Of a stretch of DNA of 64,000 nt, positions 1-13,216 are shown one piece after another (position 1 is the first letter of the stretch; every line of letters begins with the position of its first letter). Under the pieces are notes generated by a model that saw only the letters and a program-made list of their open reading frames with translations, was not told the DNA's origin and searched no databases. A program made the translations under genes and the position numbers. This DNA is from Podarcis bocagei (taxonomy: Eukaryota), in assembly GCA_964188305.1 (NCBI GenBank), contig OZ076885.1, one strand, 5' to 3'.

Positions 1-13
1 ATATGCCACCATC

Positions 14-622
14 GACTTCCGGGTTAGCGCCATTGGCAATAGCGGAGTTCCTCTGACCGAGAGGAACCCGCTCCGCGAAAATCGGGTCTTGCCGCCGTGG
101 CGAAGGCGGAGACCCCTCAAAAATCCCAGACGGAGGAAGCCTGGGAACGTGGGATTCAGCTGACACCAAGAGCGCCTCCCCTACTCGCAGGGAAACCCTT
201 TTTCGGGGATCCGAAGTGAAGTGGGGTGAGTGGCGCGGTGTTTTGAATCGACTGCTACTTTTACGGAGTGAAGCCGCACAGCCGTTGCCGGAGAGCGCTG
301 ACTTTTTCCTGTGGACAATTGGACTCTAAACAAGTACCCATGAGTAGAACGGAAAATTGGACTATGAAACATTTTAATTTGGCACCGAAGCAGGAAGGTT
401 CTAAACAGGAAGTCCGCCTTCCGCTTTTGTAAATAGATTGAAGCAAAAATTTTGCAAGCTAAAGTCTGGAAAGTCGTATATAAAGGACTAAATTTCCTTC
501 AGTTAAAACCACCAAAACCCCTCTTGGAAGCAGGAGAAGGGGGGGGGGATCTTAGATTGTTTAAGCCTGCAGGAGAGAGAGTAAAGAAAGATAAATTTCC
601 ACCGTCTCAAACCTGGGAACGA
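14..622 (+). mobile_element. Probable L1 LINE 5' UTR fragment (CpG-rich)
   Basis: Begins GACTTCCGG, typical of non-mammalian L1 5' ends; CpG-rich then A-rich; no ORF1 follows. Confidence 0.55.
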
Positions 623-893
623 TGCACTTTGCTCCCCATGGCAGCAGCTAACCTGTGTGGTGAGAAACTACTCCATACATTTAGCAGAGATGGGGTGGGA
701 TGTCCTGTATTTCCAGAGTTGTTATTACAAACAGACAGGACACTTCAGCTGTGTTCATCCCAGAAATGTGTGCACAATAAATCTACACAAGTCATTTGAT
801 AAAGAGCTCCCCTGTCCACAAACTTGTGTTGTCATATTACTTTTTAAGGACTGCAGCTCTGGAGTTGTTCATGCCACTTATCCCAAAGTACTG

Positions 894-1676
894 TGAATTT
901 TTGGGAAATGATCTATAATGAGTTAAAAAAGGTATTTAAGTATACCTTCCCTAAGAAACCAGAGGCCTTCCTTTTAGGCATTGTTGGCCAGAAGGTGTTA
1001 AAGAAGGATCGAACCTTTTTTATGTACGCAACAACAGCAGCAAGAATACTCATCGCAAAACATTGGAAGACCCAAGATTTGCCCACACTGGAAGAATGGC
1101 AGACGCAACTGATAGACTATATGGAGTTGGCTGAAATGACTGGCAGAATTCGAGACCTGGGAGAAGAGACAGTGGAAGAGGACTGGAAAAAGTTTAAAGA
1201 CTACTTACAAAAACATTATAAGCTGTATGAATGTTGAGAAAATGCACGATAGAAAACAACATGGCATCAGCAATTTAGTTGAATGATATATGAGAATAAG
1301 TGATGTTTAAGAAAATGATGAAATTTGAAGTAATATTATGTCTAAACTAAGCAGTTCAGTATCTTGATAAAAATATCTAAAGTTTGGGACATAATATTTG
1401 AGAATTAGAAAATAAGAACTGAAATAAGATAATAAATTGCTGCTTATAATTTTATTATTGAGAACGCAGGAAAGGGAGATGTGAGGAAGTCCAAAGATTA
1501 TGGAAATATGATTTATGGAATGCTGTTTTCGTTGCATTTTCTTTTCTTTTCTACTATATGTCTATTTTCTTGTTTTTCTTTGCTTTCTTTTGTTTGTTAT
1601 ATTGTGGTGATGGTGTTTTATATGTTTGGTGATTTTGTGTTTAAAATTTGCAATAAATATCTTTAAAAAAAATAAA
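894..1676 (+). mobile_element. L1 LINE 3' end (ORF2 C-terminus, 3' UTR, A-rich tail)
   Basis: ORF 893..1237 (FWEMIYNELKK..PEAFLLG..AARILIAKHWK) is homologous to the L1 at 37.2 kb; AATAAA plus A tail at 1652-1676; possible TSD tgaattttt (894-902 / 1677-1685). Confidence 0.88.
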
Positions 1677-2280
1677 TGAATTTTTCATTTCCTTCCAGTC
1701 AAAAAGCCACCATTCCTAAATGATAACTGCATCCCAGATGTTGCGGAGGGGGCTTAATTTTTGGAACTGGATGTTGGGGCAGTTAAGGTGCTGCGTTGTT
1801 TAGGAACAGCAGGTGGATATTCAGTTTCACTGAAAAAATGTTAGAGGACCAGTGTGTTGAGAGAAGAGGGATAAAGTGGCAAGTTTCCTCTCAAATTTTA
1901 AAAAAATGATCTGGAAGTTGTTTTTGACAAAAGAAGTCAGGCTTCAGCATAACACCAGGCATAACCTGTGCTATCTTCTGCAGCACTCTCAACGGTGATG
2001 TGGTCAATCATTTACCCAAAGTACCTACCCACAGCTTGTATCTTGGCCCACTTGATTGAGTTAATGTGCTCATTGCCACCTTCAAATTTCACTGTGGTGA
2101 GTGGTGCAGAACGCTTAAGGTTTATCAAATTCTATCCTATGTTAGCATAACTTGCAGGTACCAGGGACAGCTTGTTACAATTTATACTAATCATGTATTA
2201 ATCAAACCCCAGAAGAGTTGCCATGTTTGTCTTTTCTAGCAAACCCAGCCGTAAGTCCCACAGTCTCTTAAAGATGAACA

Positions 2281-2293
2281 GTGTGTGTGTGTG

Positions 2294-2334
<41 letters not shown>

Positions 2335-2335
2335 G
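2281..2335. repeat. Compound microsatellite (GT)n(CTGT)n
   Basis: Read directly from the sequence. Confidence 0.95.
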
Positions 2336-3389
2336 CATGTGTTTGCACGCATCATTCGCAACGTTGTCTTTAAAACACATTCTATGCTTTAAAATTTAGT
2401 ACAATGGACTTTGGAATAGTATTGTGCAAGCTGGGTGTGGATTATAAAAGAGAAGGGTGTTTTCCTTGTTAGATTCATATTATGACTCACTCAGCTAATT
2501 AGGTGGAAAATAGAGGTGCCTTCTTCTATTAATAAAGTACAGATAGACAGCATTACAATTTTGCTGTTGCAGCGCAATGATGAAACACAGGACAATGGAT
2601 CGAGATCTTCTAGGATCTTCCTCTCCCAAATAGCTTTGCATTATTGTTATTATTATTTTCAGATAGTTTTTGTAGCATTCTGTTCAATCAGTGTGTTCCA
2701 TCATGTTAGCCTCCAAGTATCTCTCTCAGGGAACAAGTAAGGGCAGGTACACGCCACATGAAGTATTGCTATGAGCCAATAGTTGTTTCTTCATTTTAAT
2801 CATTCACCCATTTGCAATCTGCCCATTTAATTAAGCCTCAAAAGTACTTTGTGGTGGTGGGACGCTCCTCCTTATTACTTCATGTACTCTTACTCAAGAT
2901 GCACTTTGCAAAGGAAAGAGCGATGAAAGAGAATAAGCAGGAACAAGGACTCCCAAATTGCTCCCCATGGCAGCAGCTAACTTGTGTGGTGAGCTCTTCC
3001 TTTTGCTCACCTCACCTTGGAGTTATATATCTATATATTCCATTTCAGTAGTGAGGCTTCTCCATGCGACAAACCACTGCAAAACAGCTCAAAGCATAGA
3101 GAGAACTACTTCTACAGGAAGACAGGGATAAAACCCTGTAGCACCCCACTTCCCATATTTTTCTAGGATGAGAAAGAACCCCTGGTGAGCAGTCTGGGTT
3201 CGGTCCGTCAACCAGCCACAAATCCACGTAAACCGTAGCATAGGACTCAGCTATACAGCTGCAAATAAAACATTCCAGATGTGTTGTAAAGTGCAATATA
3301 CAAATGTGACACTAGATGGCGAGACTGAGCTATGCAAAATTCAATGTATTTCTCAAAATGTTTTTTAATATGCATGTAGATTCCACCAT

Positions 3390-4530
3390 AGTCTACCCTG
3401 CATTTTACAAGTTTCTCCACAAGAATGTCATTGAAAGCCTTCCTGAAACCAAGATATGCTACATCCATGACATTTCCTTGGTCCACTAAGCTTGTAACTC
3501 CATAAAAAGTACGAAGTAAGATTAGTATGTCATGACTTGTTTTTGAGAAACCCATGCAAACTCTTAGTAAACAAAGCATCCTTTTCTAATTGCTCACAGG
3601 CACTTAGGTCCTATTCTAGGACCTTTCCTGGTATCAAAGACATGTTGACCAGTCGGTAGTTACCTGGATCCTCCCCCGCCCCCCACTCTGAAGAAATGGC
3701 AACTTTTGGCTGCCACCATTCCACAGGGACCTCACCTGTTCCCCAAGATTTCTGAAAAAAATATAGACGGAGCTTCTGAGATTACATCTGCAAGTTCCTT
3801 TAGTACCCTTGGATGCAGTTTACCCAGCCCTGGAGATCTGGATTCATTTAAAGTAGCTATGCGTTCCCTTACCACCTCTTTTCCTATCTTGAGCTGCAGC
3901 TCCCTCTTTGTATTATTTATTCTATTATCAACAGGTTGGGCACTGTTTTCCTTTTGGGAGAAGACAGAGGCAAACTAGGTGTTGAACAGTTCTGACTTCT
4001 CTCTGTCACCCGATAGCATTGCTCTGTCTTCTTCACAAAGATGACCTACAAATTCCTTGTTCTTCCTCATCTTTGAACATAGCCTCCCGGAAACCCCATT
4101 TTTATTATTATTTTAAACTTCTCTTGCAAACCTGTATTCATTCTGAACATTAGCCCACCTGACCTTCTCTCTCCCTAGCTACCCCTTTATATTGTTCCTT
4201 CATGATTTCCTTCTTTTTCTATTTCTTAAACATGTCCCTTTTAAATCTCAGCTCATCTGAAAGCTCCTTATGCAGCCGCGCCAGTTTCTTTAGATGCCTT
4301 CAAATGCGCACTCCTCCATTGTCTCCTGAGATGGACGGATGCCAACAAATTTTCTTTCTTGTTGGAACTGTTTGTGATTGTGACCTTTAAGAAACTCCCG
4401 TCCATCATGAACTCCCTCCTCTTTGAGTATTTCTGACCATGAGATCTCACCTAGTAGTTCCTTATACTTTTTGAAATCAGCTTTTGTAAAGTCCAGAGTC
4501 TGACTGCACTCAGTTTTCCCAGCATCTCTG
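3390..4530 (-). mobile_element. Degenerate CR1 LINE ORF2 (reverse transcriptase) fragment
   Basis: Frameshifted CR1 motifs: TLDFTKADF, VTSLVDQGNVMDVAYLGFRKAF, and reverse-strand matches to the PGPD region. Confidence 0.85.
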
Positions 4531-5268
4531 TGCTGAGTTACACACACACACACACGTAAAAATTAATCAACCTTATCGTGCTGATCAACTTTATCACACT
4601 CTGAGTCACTCTGGTGCTGTCTTCAATCCCTAAGAGTATAAAACTAGTGGCTTGACTACTTACATCATGATGAAGGCACTCTAAAATGTAAAGATTTGTA
4701 AAGGTTTCAGCAGTGGGGGGGTGGGTTTGAAGTTCCCACGATAATAAAATTTTCGGCAGCTTCCTAGTGGCAGGGTAGCATGTGCAGTTGCTTTAAGTAA
4801 ACATGCTTAGTAATATCTTTCTTTTTGTTATTCCTTCTTCCTAAGAAGTCAACAGTGAACAAATCGACTCAGAAACATTGGAGATGTTTATATGTTTTGC
4901 CTGTTATCTTGTTGAGACATGGTCAGGATCAGTGCAATGAATTCCATGATGATTAATGGGGCTTTTGTTAACCATTAAATTATAATTGCTACCATTGCAG
5001 ATTACCTGTAGGCTTAAGTGTAAGTTGAAAAAACAGTTGTGGAGATATTAGAGAAAGGACTTTGCTGAGGAACACGAAAAAGCTTGGGTGAGTTGTAAAA
5101 AAAGTGGCGAGTGATTTGCAAATCAGGAAAGGCTATGCCCTGAAGTAACCAACTACGACGATAATTGTTCCTGTAAACGTTTTGTATGTGCTTCAGAAGT
5201 GAAATAAGGATAGCAGTTTGTAGCAACCACTTATATGTCAAAGGCAGCCACGTCCTATATGACAGATG

Positions 5269-5493
5269 CAGTGGTACCTCGAGTTACAAACGCCACAGGT
5301 TACAAACTCGGCTAACCTGGAAGAGTTACCTCAAGTTGAGAACTTTGCCCCAGGATGAGAACAGAAATCATGTGCTGGCAGCGCAGCAGCAGCAAGAGGC
5401 CCCATTACCAAAAGCACACCTCAGGTTAAGAACAATTTCAGGTTAAGAACAGACCTACGGAATGAATTAAGTTCGTAGCTAGAGGGACTACTG
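5269..5493. mobile_element. Tigger/pogo-type MITE (TIR CAGTGGTACCTC)
   Basis: Terminal inverted repeats; same family as the copies at 7.0, 10.6, 14.1 and 23.9 kb. Confidence 0.82.
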
Positions 5494-6584
5494 TAATCCT
5501 TTGTGACCTCAGTTCTGTAAACAGAGCGATACTGAATTCACCATTGTGGGTAACTGCCATGAACCCAAACACAAATACCCACATAAACTCTCCTCCGTTA
5601 TTTTCAAATTTGGACATAAATTGCTGATTTCAAATCAAAACGTTTGAGAAAAAACAACCAGTGGGTTCCCACTGGACTATACAATGCCCATGTCTATTAG
5701 GCAATGATTGTTATTACACATAAGCTTTGCTCCCTTTCCCCCACTGTCATTATTCCTACTCAGATGTCACACCCTATCCCGGGAACAGCTTCTGCCGCAT
5801 GTAAATTGCTCCACAAAACTCACTTGTTCTGCTGAGCTATACCAAGACTAGTAATTATTATCCTTCCCTAAAGCTGCTCAGGGCAGTGTACACTGTCCCT
5901 GCCTTATGCCCTTCATAACAATTATGCAAGGTAAATTAGGCTGAGAAATAGTAACCAGTCCCAATTAAGCTTTGTGGTGGCGTGAGGATTTGAACTCGGG
6001 TCTCCCCACTCTAACCACTGAACCACACTAGTTGGTATGGTGGAGATTAACTCCTCTGTTCTCAGATACACTATTTCAATTAATATTTCATATTCCAGCT
6101 AATTGTGCAAAAACAATGCCTCGCACCACTAAATGACTCTGAAAGGGAAAACACGGTTGCTTCCACACCAGAACAGCTAGAGTAGAATAAAATTATCCAG
6201 CATTGTCCTCCACGTGGCTGAGAGGCCCCATTCCTCAAAAGTCTCTTCCCGTGTTATCAAAAAGTGAATTATCAAAGTGAATTGTCTAAACATGTCTACT
6301 CAGAAATAAGTCTTATCCAGTTTCAAAAAGATGTCATCTGGATTCTCTAAAATAAGATAATGTATAGAAGACGCCGATTCCACAGGAAAAGTACTAGGGT
6401 GCTTCCAGATTATTACTGTTTTTGGAGGTTACAAACTCAGGTTGCAGAATTAAAATTTATTTGGTGCTCTTATACAACAAACCTGCTTCTCCCTCAAAAG
6501 TCAGACTTTCGGTGTTAAGGAAAGTGATGGGAGAATGCACTGCAAAATGCGCATGACATTCTCTTGATGCAACATTGTCTTACC

Positions 6585-6810
6585 CAGTGCTTTTTTTCTG
6601 GCGGTACTCACTGGTACGCAATACTGGCACCTTCCTCCCCCTGCCCCACGTGAAGACGCTCAGCCTCATGGGGAGCCATGGCATGAGGAAAGGCCCTCCG
6701 GGGTTGGCTGCTGCTGTCACCACACCCCGGGGCTGGCTGGAGCACATGAGTCCCTCTCCACAAGGAGCGCAAGCGTACCAACACCCTTTTTTTCTAGAAA
6801 AAAGGCACTG
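6585..6810. mobile_element. hAT MITE (TIR CAGTGCTTTTTT)
   Basis: TSD gtct(t/a)acc, 7/8 identical. Confidence 0.8.
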
Positions 6811-6964
6811 GTCTAACCCCTCTGCAAATAAATCAGAACAAATGCTCAGTGAATAGCCAATGTTGTCTAACCTCTATGCAAACTTTGTGCCATTGAATCA
6901 GGATAAATGTTCAATAAGCGTGCTGTCTGGAAGTAACCCTAGTGTGCCTGAAGAAAATCCACTA

Positions 6965-7190
6965 CAGTGGTACCTCGGGTTAGGTACTTAATTCGTTCCG
7001 GAGGTCCATACTTAACCTGAAACTGCTCTTAACCTGAAGCACCACTTTAGCTAATGAGGCCTCCTGCTGCTGCCTTGCTGCCAGAGCACAATTTCTGTTC
7101 TCATCCTGAAGCAAAGTTCTTAACCTGAAGCAATATTTCTGGGTTAGCGGAGTCTGTAACCTGAAGCATATGTAACCTGAGGTACCACTG
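6965..7190. mobile_element. Tigger/pogo-type MITE
   Basis: ta|cagtggtacctc...gaggtaccactg|ta, TA TSD. Confidence 0.9.
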
Positions 7191-7206
7191 TATATGCTGT
7201 TGAATG

Positions 7207-7345
7207 TCATAGAATTGTAGACTTGGAAGGGACCCAAAAGTCATCTTGTCCAGCCGCCTACAATGCAGCAACATTTTGCCCAAGGTGGGGCTCAAAACCA
7301 TGACCCCAAGATTAAGAATCTCATACTGTACTGCCTGAGGTATCA
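7207..7345 (-). mobile_element. tRNA-Lys-derived SINE with CR1-type 3' tail
   Basis: Reverse strand closely resembles tRNA-Lys(CTT), then ctgcattg...gtcccttccaa.tctacaattctatg. Confidence 0.75.
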
Positions 7346-7977
7346 ATTAAAATTTCTATAAATCACGCACAACTTTTTTAAAAAAATAATTTAAACAAAT
7401 ATTACTTTTTTAAAAAAATGTTTAATTTCCAACCTTCCTTCCCCCCGAAGGCACCATTTCCATAACAAATTGCTGGATTAGGGTGCTTCAGTCCCGTCTA
7501 GCTTGTTCGTATTTGCGAGCCTAATTCAAATGCCTATATTGTTGACAAAGTTTGCAAAAGTGAAAGAGCATTACTTATAGATCTTCTGATTTCCATTTAT
7601 TCAGCAACAGGTTGTGCCAGTAAACCGCAGCCCCAGGCACCCATCTTGACATCCAAATTGTCACTTGTTAGTAGCTATCCAAATTATGACATTAACAGCA
7701 TAATAAAATATCCTCCTATTATGTAAAAGTGTTAAGAAGCAAGTGATTTTATCCATGTCATAAATTATTGGGGGGGGGGGGAGGGACATGATAAATAAAT
7801 CCTACTTTTTGCTCTGTTTATTATGGAGTAAAAAAAAAAAGTATTCATATGCTAATCGTACGGTTTGCTCTCTCTAGAAACAAAGTCTACATTGTTCTTG
7901 CTGCTAGTGAATTCAGTTATTTATCCTCGATTAGAAAATGTGCACTAATTCAATTTGTATTAAATTGAGATGCTTAA

Positions 7978-8002
7978 ATATATATATATATATATATATA
8001 TA
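7978..8002. repeat. (AT)n microsatellite
   Basis: Read directly from the sequence. Confidence 0.95.
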
Positions 8003-8314
8003 CATACACATCAACAAAATAAAAAAATGGACTCATGCATCAGGTGCTTAACCTTAGCTGTTATACAAAGATATTCAGAATTTACACTGCATCTTTTTCC
8101 TGAATTCATCACACTAAAGTTGAGAGTCAGATTCATTTGGGATTCATTGCTGCTTTGGCAACTGGTTTTGCATTCTGACCAAGGCCTGCATGACTTGTCA
8201 TTTGACAGGTGAAAAGCAGTCCATCAGCCATCTATGGCAGCCCACTAAAGACTGAAAAGGAGCCTCTTAGTTTTAGTGCCTGGGGATTGTTGGCTGGTGG
8301 ACTGTGTTCAACAC

Positions 8315-8661
8315 AGGTAAAGGTAAAGGGACCCCTGACCATTAGGTCCAATCGCGGATGACTCTGGGGTTGCGGCACTCATCTCGCTTTATTGGCCTAG
8401 GAAGCCGGTGTACAGCTTCCGGGTCATGTGGCCAGCATGACTAAGCCGCTTCTGGAGAACCAGAGCAGCACACGGAAACACAGTTTACCTTCCCGCTGAA
8501 GCGGTACCTGTTTATCTACTTGCACTTTGACGTACTTTTGAACTTCTACGTGAGCAGGAGCTGGGACCAAACAACAGGAGCTCACCCCATCGTGGGGATT
8601 CCAATTGCTGACCAGTAAGCCCTAGGCTCTGTGGTTTAACCCACAGCGCCACCTGCATCTC
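8315..8661 (-). mobile_element. Sauria SINE (Squam1)
   Basis: tRNA-like head, (ACCTTT)n tail, TSD tgtgttcaaca. Confidence 0.9.
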
Positions 8662-8713
8662 TGTGTTCAACATAGTAGGTCATAAATTAGGCCTGTTGTA
8701 ATTATTAATTCAG

Positions 8714-8853
8714 TACCACTTTAGCCAATGGGGCCTCCCGAGGCCGCCACTCGATTTCTGTTCTCATCCTGAAGCAAAGTTCTTAACCCGAGGTAATATT
8801 TCTGGGTTAGCGGAGTCTGTAACCTGAAGTGTTTGTAACTCGAGGTACCACTG
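8714..8853. mobile_element. Truncated Tigger/pogo-type MITE
   Basis: One TIR (gaggtaccactg|ta) plus family-internal sequence. Confidence 0.8.
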
Positions 8854-9050
8854 TAAAGCATTAAACATTTTAAAACTTCCCTATACAGGGCTGCCTTCAG
8901 ATGGCTCGGGGGTTGGATAACTCTAACATTTCTCATATAAAAACAGGGACATCCTAAGGAAAAGCAGGATCAAATCAGAAATCAGGAAGGCTTCTGTTAA
9001 TCCGGGACTGTCCCTGGAAAAGAGGGACACCTGGAAGGTCTGCGGTTTAT

Positions 9051-9195
9051 NNNNNNNNNNNNNNNNNNNNNNNNNNNNNNNNNNNNNNNNNNNNNNNNNN
9101 NNNNNNNNNNNNNNNNNNNNNNNNNNNNNNNNNNNNNNNNNNNNNNNNNNNNNNNNNNNNNNNNNNNNNNNNNNNNNNNNNNNNNNNNNNNNNNN
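9051..9195. other. Assembly gap (145 N)
   Basis: Run of N. Confidence 1.
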
Positions 9196-9829
9196 CGTTT
9201 AATGCTGTGTATGTGGATTTATAAACAGCTCTACGCCTGCACCGATCCTTCTATGTTTCAGGTGCCTGGGGCAGAAAAAGCTAACTCTACCCAGGCATGG
9301 CATCAGAATACCAGACATCTCCCATAAGGCAGTAATAGATGCTATGATCATCTGTCTGAGAGGCACTTCTTAGAAAGCCTGACTCACAGCCAGCGTCAAA
9401 CATGGGAGAAACAGAAGATATGATGAATCAGACCAGCTACTGCTTCTTCCTAGACTTGAAGCCCCAAGCAGGAGCCAGATGCTTAAAACAGCCATATCCT
9501 AAATCACACCAAGCAGCTATAACTCATTTCAAATGAAGTTACAGAAAACAACCCAGAGCTATTTCCATCCATCTCCCCAACTCCCTTTCTCCGAATTAAC
9601 TGTTTGAAACCACTTCCATTAAGCGACGACATTAGAGATAACACAGCCACTTATCTGTGGAGATATATGAATACCAGAGCATCATTAAAACGGCAGTTCT
9701 ACAGGATGTGGTAAAACTCCTATCTTTTCACGTGGTGTTGGTGGGGAAGTTGCATTCCAAAGATAGAAAGAAAAACCCCTCAGTTATAACATGCTAAGTG
9801 AAAGGTGTTTTGTGTCCAAGGAGCTAGAC

Positions 9830-10205
9830 CAGAGGTCAGCAAACTTACTGCGCCTTGGGCTGGTGTCTCCAGCGCCGATTGCTCAGCGGGCCGGGGGGGG
9901 GGGGAGCATGTGCCCATACGCATGTGTACACACTATTTCCGGCGCACTTCCGGGTTGGAGGAGCACCGGAAATAGCTTGTGCTAGGGGCCTCCTCTAACC
10001 CAGATGTGCACCGGAAATAATGCTTGCGCATGTGCAAATAACGTATGCACATGCACACAAGCTGTTTCTGGTGCTCCTCTGACCTGGAAGTGGGCAGCTG
10101 CGCAGCGCAGTGCTGGTAAGAGTGGGCAGCGGGGGTCGCCGCGGGCCAGATAAACAAGTCCCTTGGGCCTTATCTGGCCCGCAGGCCTTAGTTTGGGGAC
10201 CCCTG
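9830..10205. mobile_element. hAT (Charlie-type) MITE
   Basis: cagaggtc.gcaaac ... gtttggggacccctg; ggcccgc subterminal motifs; TSD agctaga(c/t). Confidence 0.82.
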
Positions 10206-10600
10206 AGCTAGATTTTCATAAACACATGCTCCAGTTAGAATGAGTGGTGACTGTATGCGATTTAGGTTCCCCCCATACACATATATTGCATACACTTCAA
10301 GTGCCCCAATTTTCCAGGGACAGTCCCAGAATTACAAAAGTCATCCCATCTTCTGTTTTGAAAATGGAATGTCCCATTTCCCCTGCCAGTGACGCCACTG
10401 CCAAGCTCAGGGTGGAGGATGAACCGGCGCCTGTCCTGAGCGATGGTGGATGCAGCTACAGTTGCTGCAAAGGAACATCCTATGACCTCTCCATGGCTGC
10501 CACCGCTGGCCTCCTCCCTTAGGCAGCTTGTAGTGGCTGCTGGAGGGTGGGTGAGGAGGAGGAGACTGTGGCTGCTGAGCCCCAGCCCTGTTAGTATATA

Positions 10601-10842
10601 CAATGGTACCTCTGGTTACGTACTTAATTCATTCCGGAGGTCCGTTCTTAACCTGAAACTGTTCTTAACCTGAAGCACCACTTTAGCTAATGGGGCCTCC
10701 CGCTGCTGCCGCGCCACCACCGCGCAATTTCTGTTCTCATCCTGAAGCAAAGTTCTTAACTTGAGGTACTATTTCTGGGTTAGCGGAGTCTGTAACCTGA
10801 AGCGTATGTAACCTGAAGCGTATGTAACTCGAGGTACCACTG
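10601..10842. mobile_element. Tigger/pogo-type MITE
   Basis: TIRs and TA TSD. Confidence 0.9.
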
Positions 10843-11776
10843 TATGCATAATATGTGCAATTTTGTACCCATTACTTGGCTGAAGAATTGCAAAATTTGG
10901 ATAAATGCAAATTTCAACAGAGGGCTGTGTTTCATTTTGCATCTTGTTTTGGGGGGAGCAAATCAGGTAAGCTCCCTTAAAAATACGAATGGGGTGAAAT
11001 TTCTCCTCCCCCACCCCCACCCTGGACACCCTTTCCAGGGTCTCGCTGCCTAACAGCAGCATTAAAAATGCTCTTTCTTTTTGGGAAGGGTGAATAATTA
11101 GCAGGTCCCCTGAATGATATCAAAGAGAATGATCTTCAGGAATTGCCTCCAAACATTTACGACGTTCAGTTTCCCAACCCAGAAGCCATCAATAACTTTT
11201 TGTGAGGCAACCGAAGGGAAGACTGTTGTTCAAGCAGTTTAGCGACAGCTCTGAAAGGATAGATTCCAGAAATGTATGTGCAGTGGGGAAGCTGTGAGGC
11301 ATTCTCTAGGCGGAATGCAGAAATGTGCCACTCCCATGATATGCCTGATTATTATATGCACAAGAATGTAACAGATGATTGACTCTTACGTTTTGCCTCT
11401 TCCCCTCCCTTCCCTCTGACATGCTCAAATCCGATGTACTGGAGAACTTTGGTGAACTTTTTCAAAAGGCAGCTGGCAAGATTTACTGGCTTATTTCTAC
11501 GTCATTCAGAATTATATTCTGCCTTTCCACAGTGGTGGCGAAGAACAATACTAAAACACAAACATGCCATACACAATGACGATAGAATTTAAAAGCAATA
11601 TCAGAACTTGTAAAATCAGAGGGTGAGATTTTTACATGCTGAAGGTAGATGACTTTTTGACAGAAGACAATAATGTGCCTCCCCAGAAATTCCCACTCCT
11701 ACGGCTATCAGACAAACTGAAAGGGCAGGCCCTACCATTAGACAGAGTAAAGCAGTTGCCTTAGGTAGTTGATTTA

Positions 11777-12134
11777 AAGGTAAAGGGAACCCTGACCATT
11801 AGGTCCAGTCGTGACCGACTCTGGGGTTGCGTGCTCATCTCGCTCTATAGGCCGAGGGAGCCGGCGTTTGTCCGCAGACAGCTTCTGGGTCATGTGGCCA
11901 GCATGACTAAGCCGCTTCTGGCAAACCAGAGCAGCACACGGAAACGCCGTTTACCTTCCTGCCGGAGTGGTCCCTATTTATCTACTTGCACATGACGTGC
12001 TTTCGAACTGCTGGGTTGCCAGAAGCAGGGACCGAGCAACAGGAGCTCACCCCGTCACAGGGATTCGAACCACCGACCTTCTGATCGGCAAGTCCTAGGC
12101 TCTGCGGTTTAACCCACAGCGCCACCTGTGTCCC
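11777..12134 (-). mobile_element. Sauria SINE (Squam1)
   Basis: Full length; TSD ttaggta(g/c)ttgattta, 15/16 identical. Confidence 0.92.
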
Positions 12135-12200
12135 TTAGGTACTTGATTTAGGATGTCCTAAATGGCAGAAAATTGCTGCTTAGTTGTTTTTTATTTATTA

Positions 12201-12202
<2 letters not shown>

Positions 12203-12250
<48 letters not shown>
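12203..12250. repeat. (TTA)n microsatellite
   Basis: Read directly from the sequence. Confidence 0.95.
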
Positions 12251-12252
<2 letters not shown>

Positions 12253-12422
12253 TTTGACTGCCACAGAAGGAAAGAGGAATTTGCGAGATATACTGCCTCA
12301 GGTGGCAAAATAACTTGGCCAGCCGTGGGTACAATGTGCCTTGATCTGGGAAGGGAGGGCAGCAAAATTGGGCTAGCCCTATTCCCCCTTGGTTCACAGC
12401 TCAGGCTGCATGTCCTGTCAAC

Positions 12423-12544
12423 CAGTGCTATTTTTTTAGAAAAAGAGGTGTCAGAACTCACCATGAACACCTCAGGCACCCACCGGAGAAGTTCCAGAAC
12501 CGAGTTCTGGTGAGTTCCAGCTGAAAAAAGAAGCAGCAGCCCTA
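12423..12544. mobile_element. hAT MITE (CAGTGCTATTTTT family)
   Basis: Perfect 8-bp TSD ctgtcaac; homologous to 50419-50555. Confidence 0.8.
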
Positions 12545-13216
12545 CTGTCAACCAACATAAAAGCAACAGTTTCCCCCATGGAAACACTATTTGTGAAGTT
12601 TGTGGACTGTTGCCTGAGGTGGAGAAAAACTCCCAGAAAGACACTTCTGTCAGAAAAGGTAAAGGATGTCAGAACAAGTCTCTCTCAGCCTGCTTTAGCT
12701 TACATTCCTGTATCTATTCCATTTGATGAATCTTGTGGAAGCCACCATGGCTAATTTTTATTTGAAAGGGAGGAGTAAAAATAAAAATAAAATAATCCTG
12801 ACAATCAGGCCACTTTGTATGTGTGTGTGTGGCCTACCCATTGGCGACTGACATTCTTCTATTGTGCTGGTCATTCTGCACTGCGCTACATCAAGCTCTC
12901 TGATAGCAGTGTTGTAAGCACAAGGGTGAGATAAGGACAAGTTGTTTTTAAAGTCTAATGCTGTAATACTTTTATTTTGAGCAACTGTCCTGTTTTTGAA
13001 GGGGAAAGGACTCTTGGTAGCTGCTCACAATGTGCAGAGGTCAACAGATCTCACCCATACTTGCAAAGAAAATTAGGAAACAACTGTTTTTTTCCAGACA
13101 TTTAAAAAAAAAACATGCTTATTGCAAAAACAAAATAGCTGCTTGGATGGAAGGGAGCTTGAAGTGTTCATTTACTAAGGGGAACACAATGTCCAGTATC
13201 AATTTACGTTCTAGAT

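Noticed and set aside
14-310. CpG-island promoter of a neighbouring host gene such as COBLL1
   Set aside because: No recognisable exon follows, and the start motif and composition fit an L1 5' UTR better. Not fully excluded.
7276-7345. Functional tRNA-Lys gene (also tRNA-Ile-like at 44911-44992)
   Set aside because: Stems and the B box are mutated, and the sequence runs directly into a CR1-type tail, so these are SINE heads.
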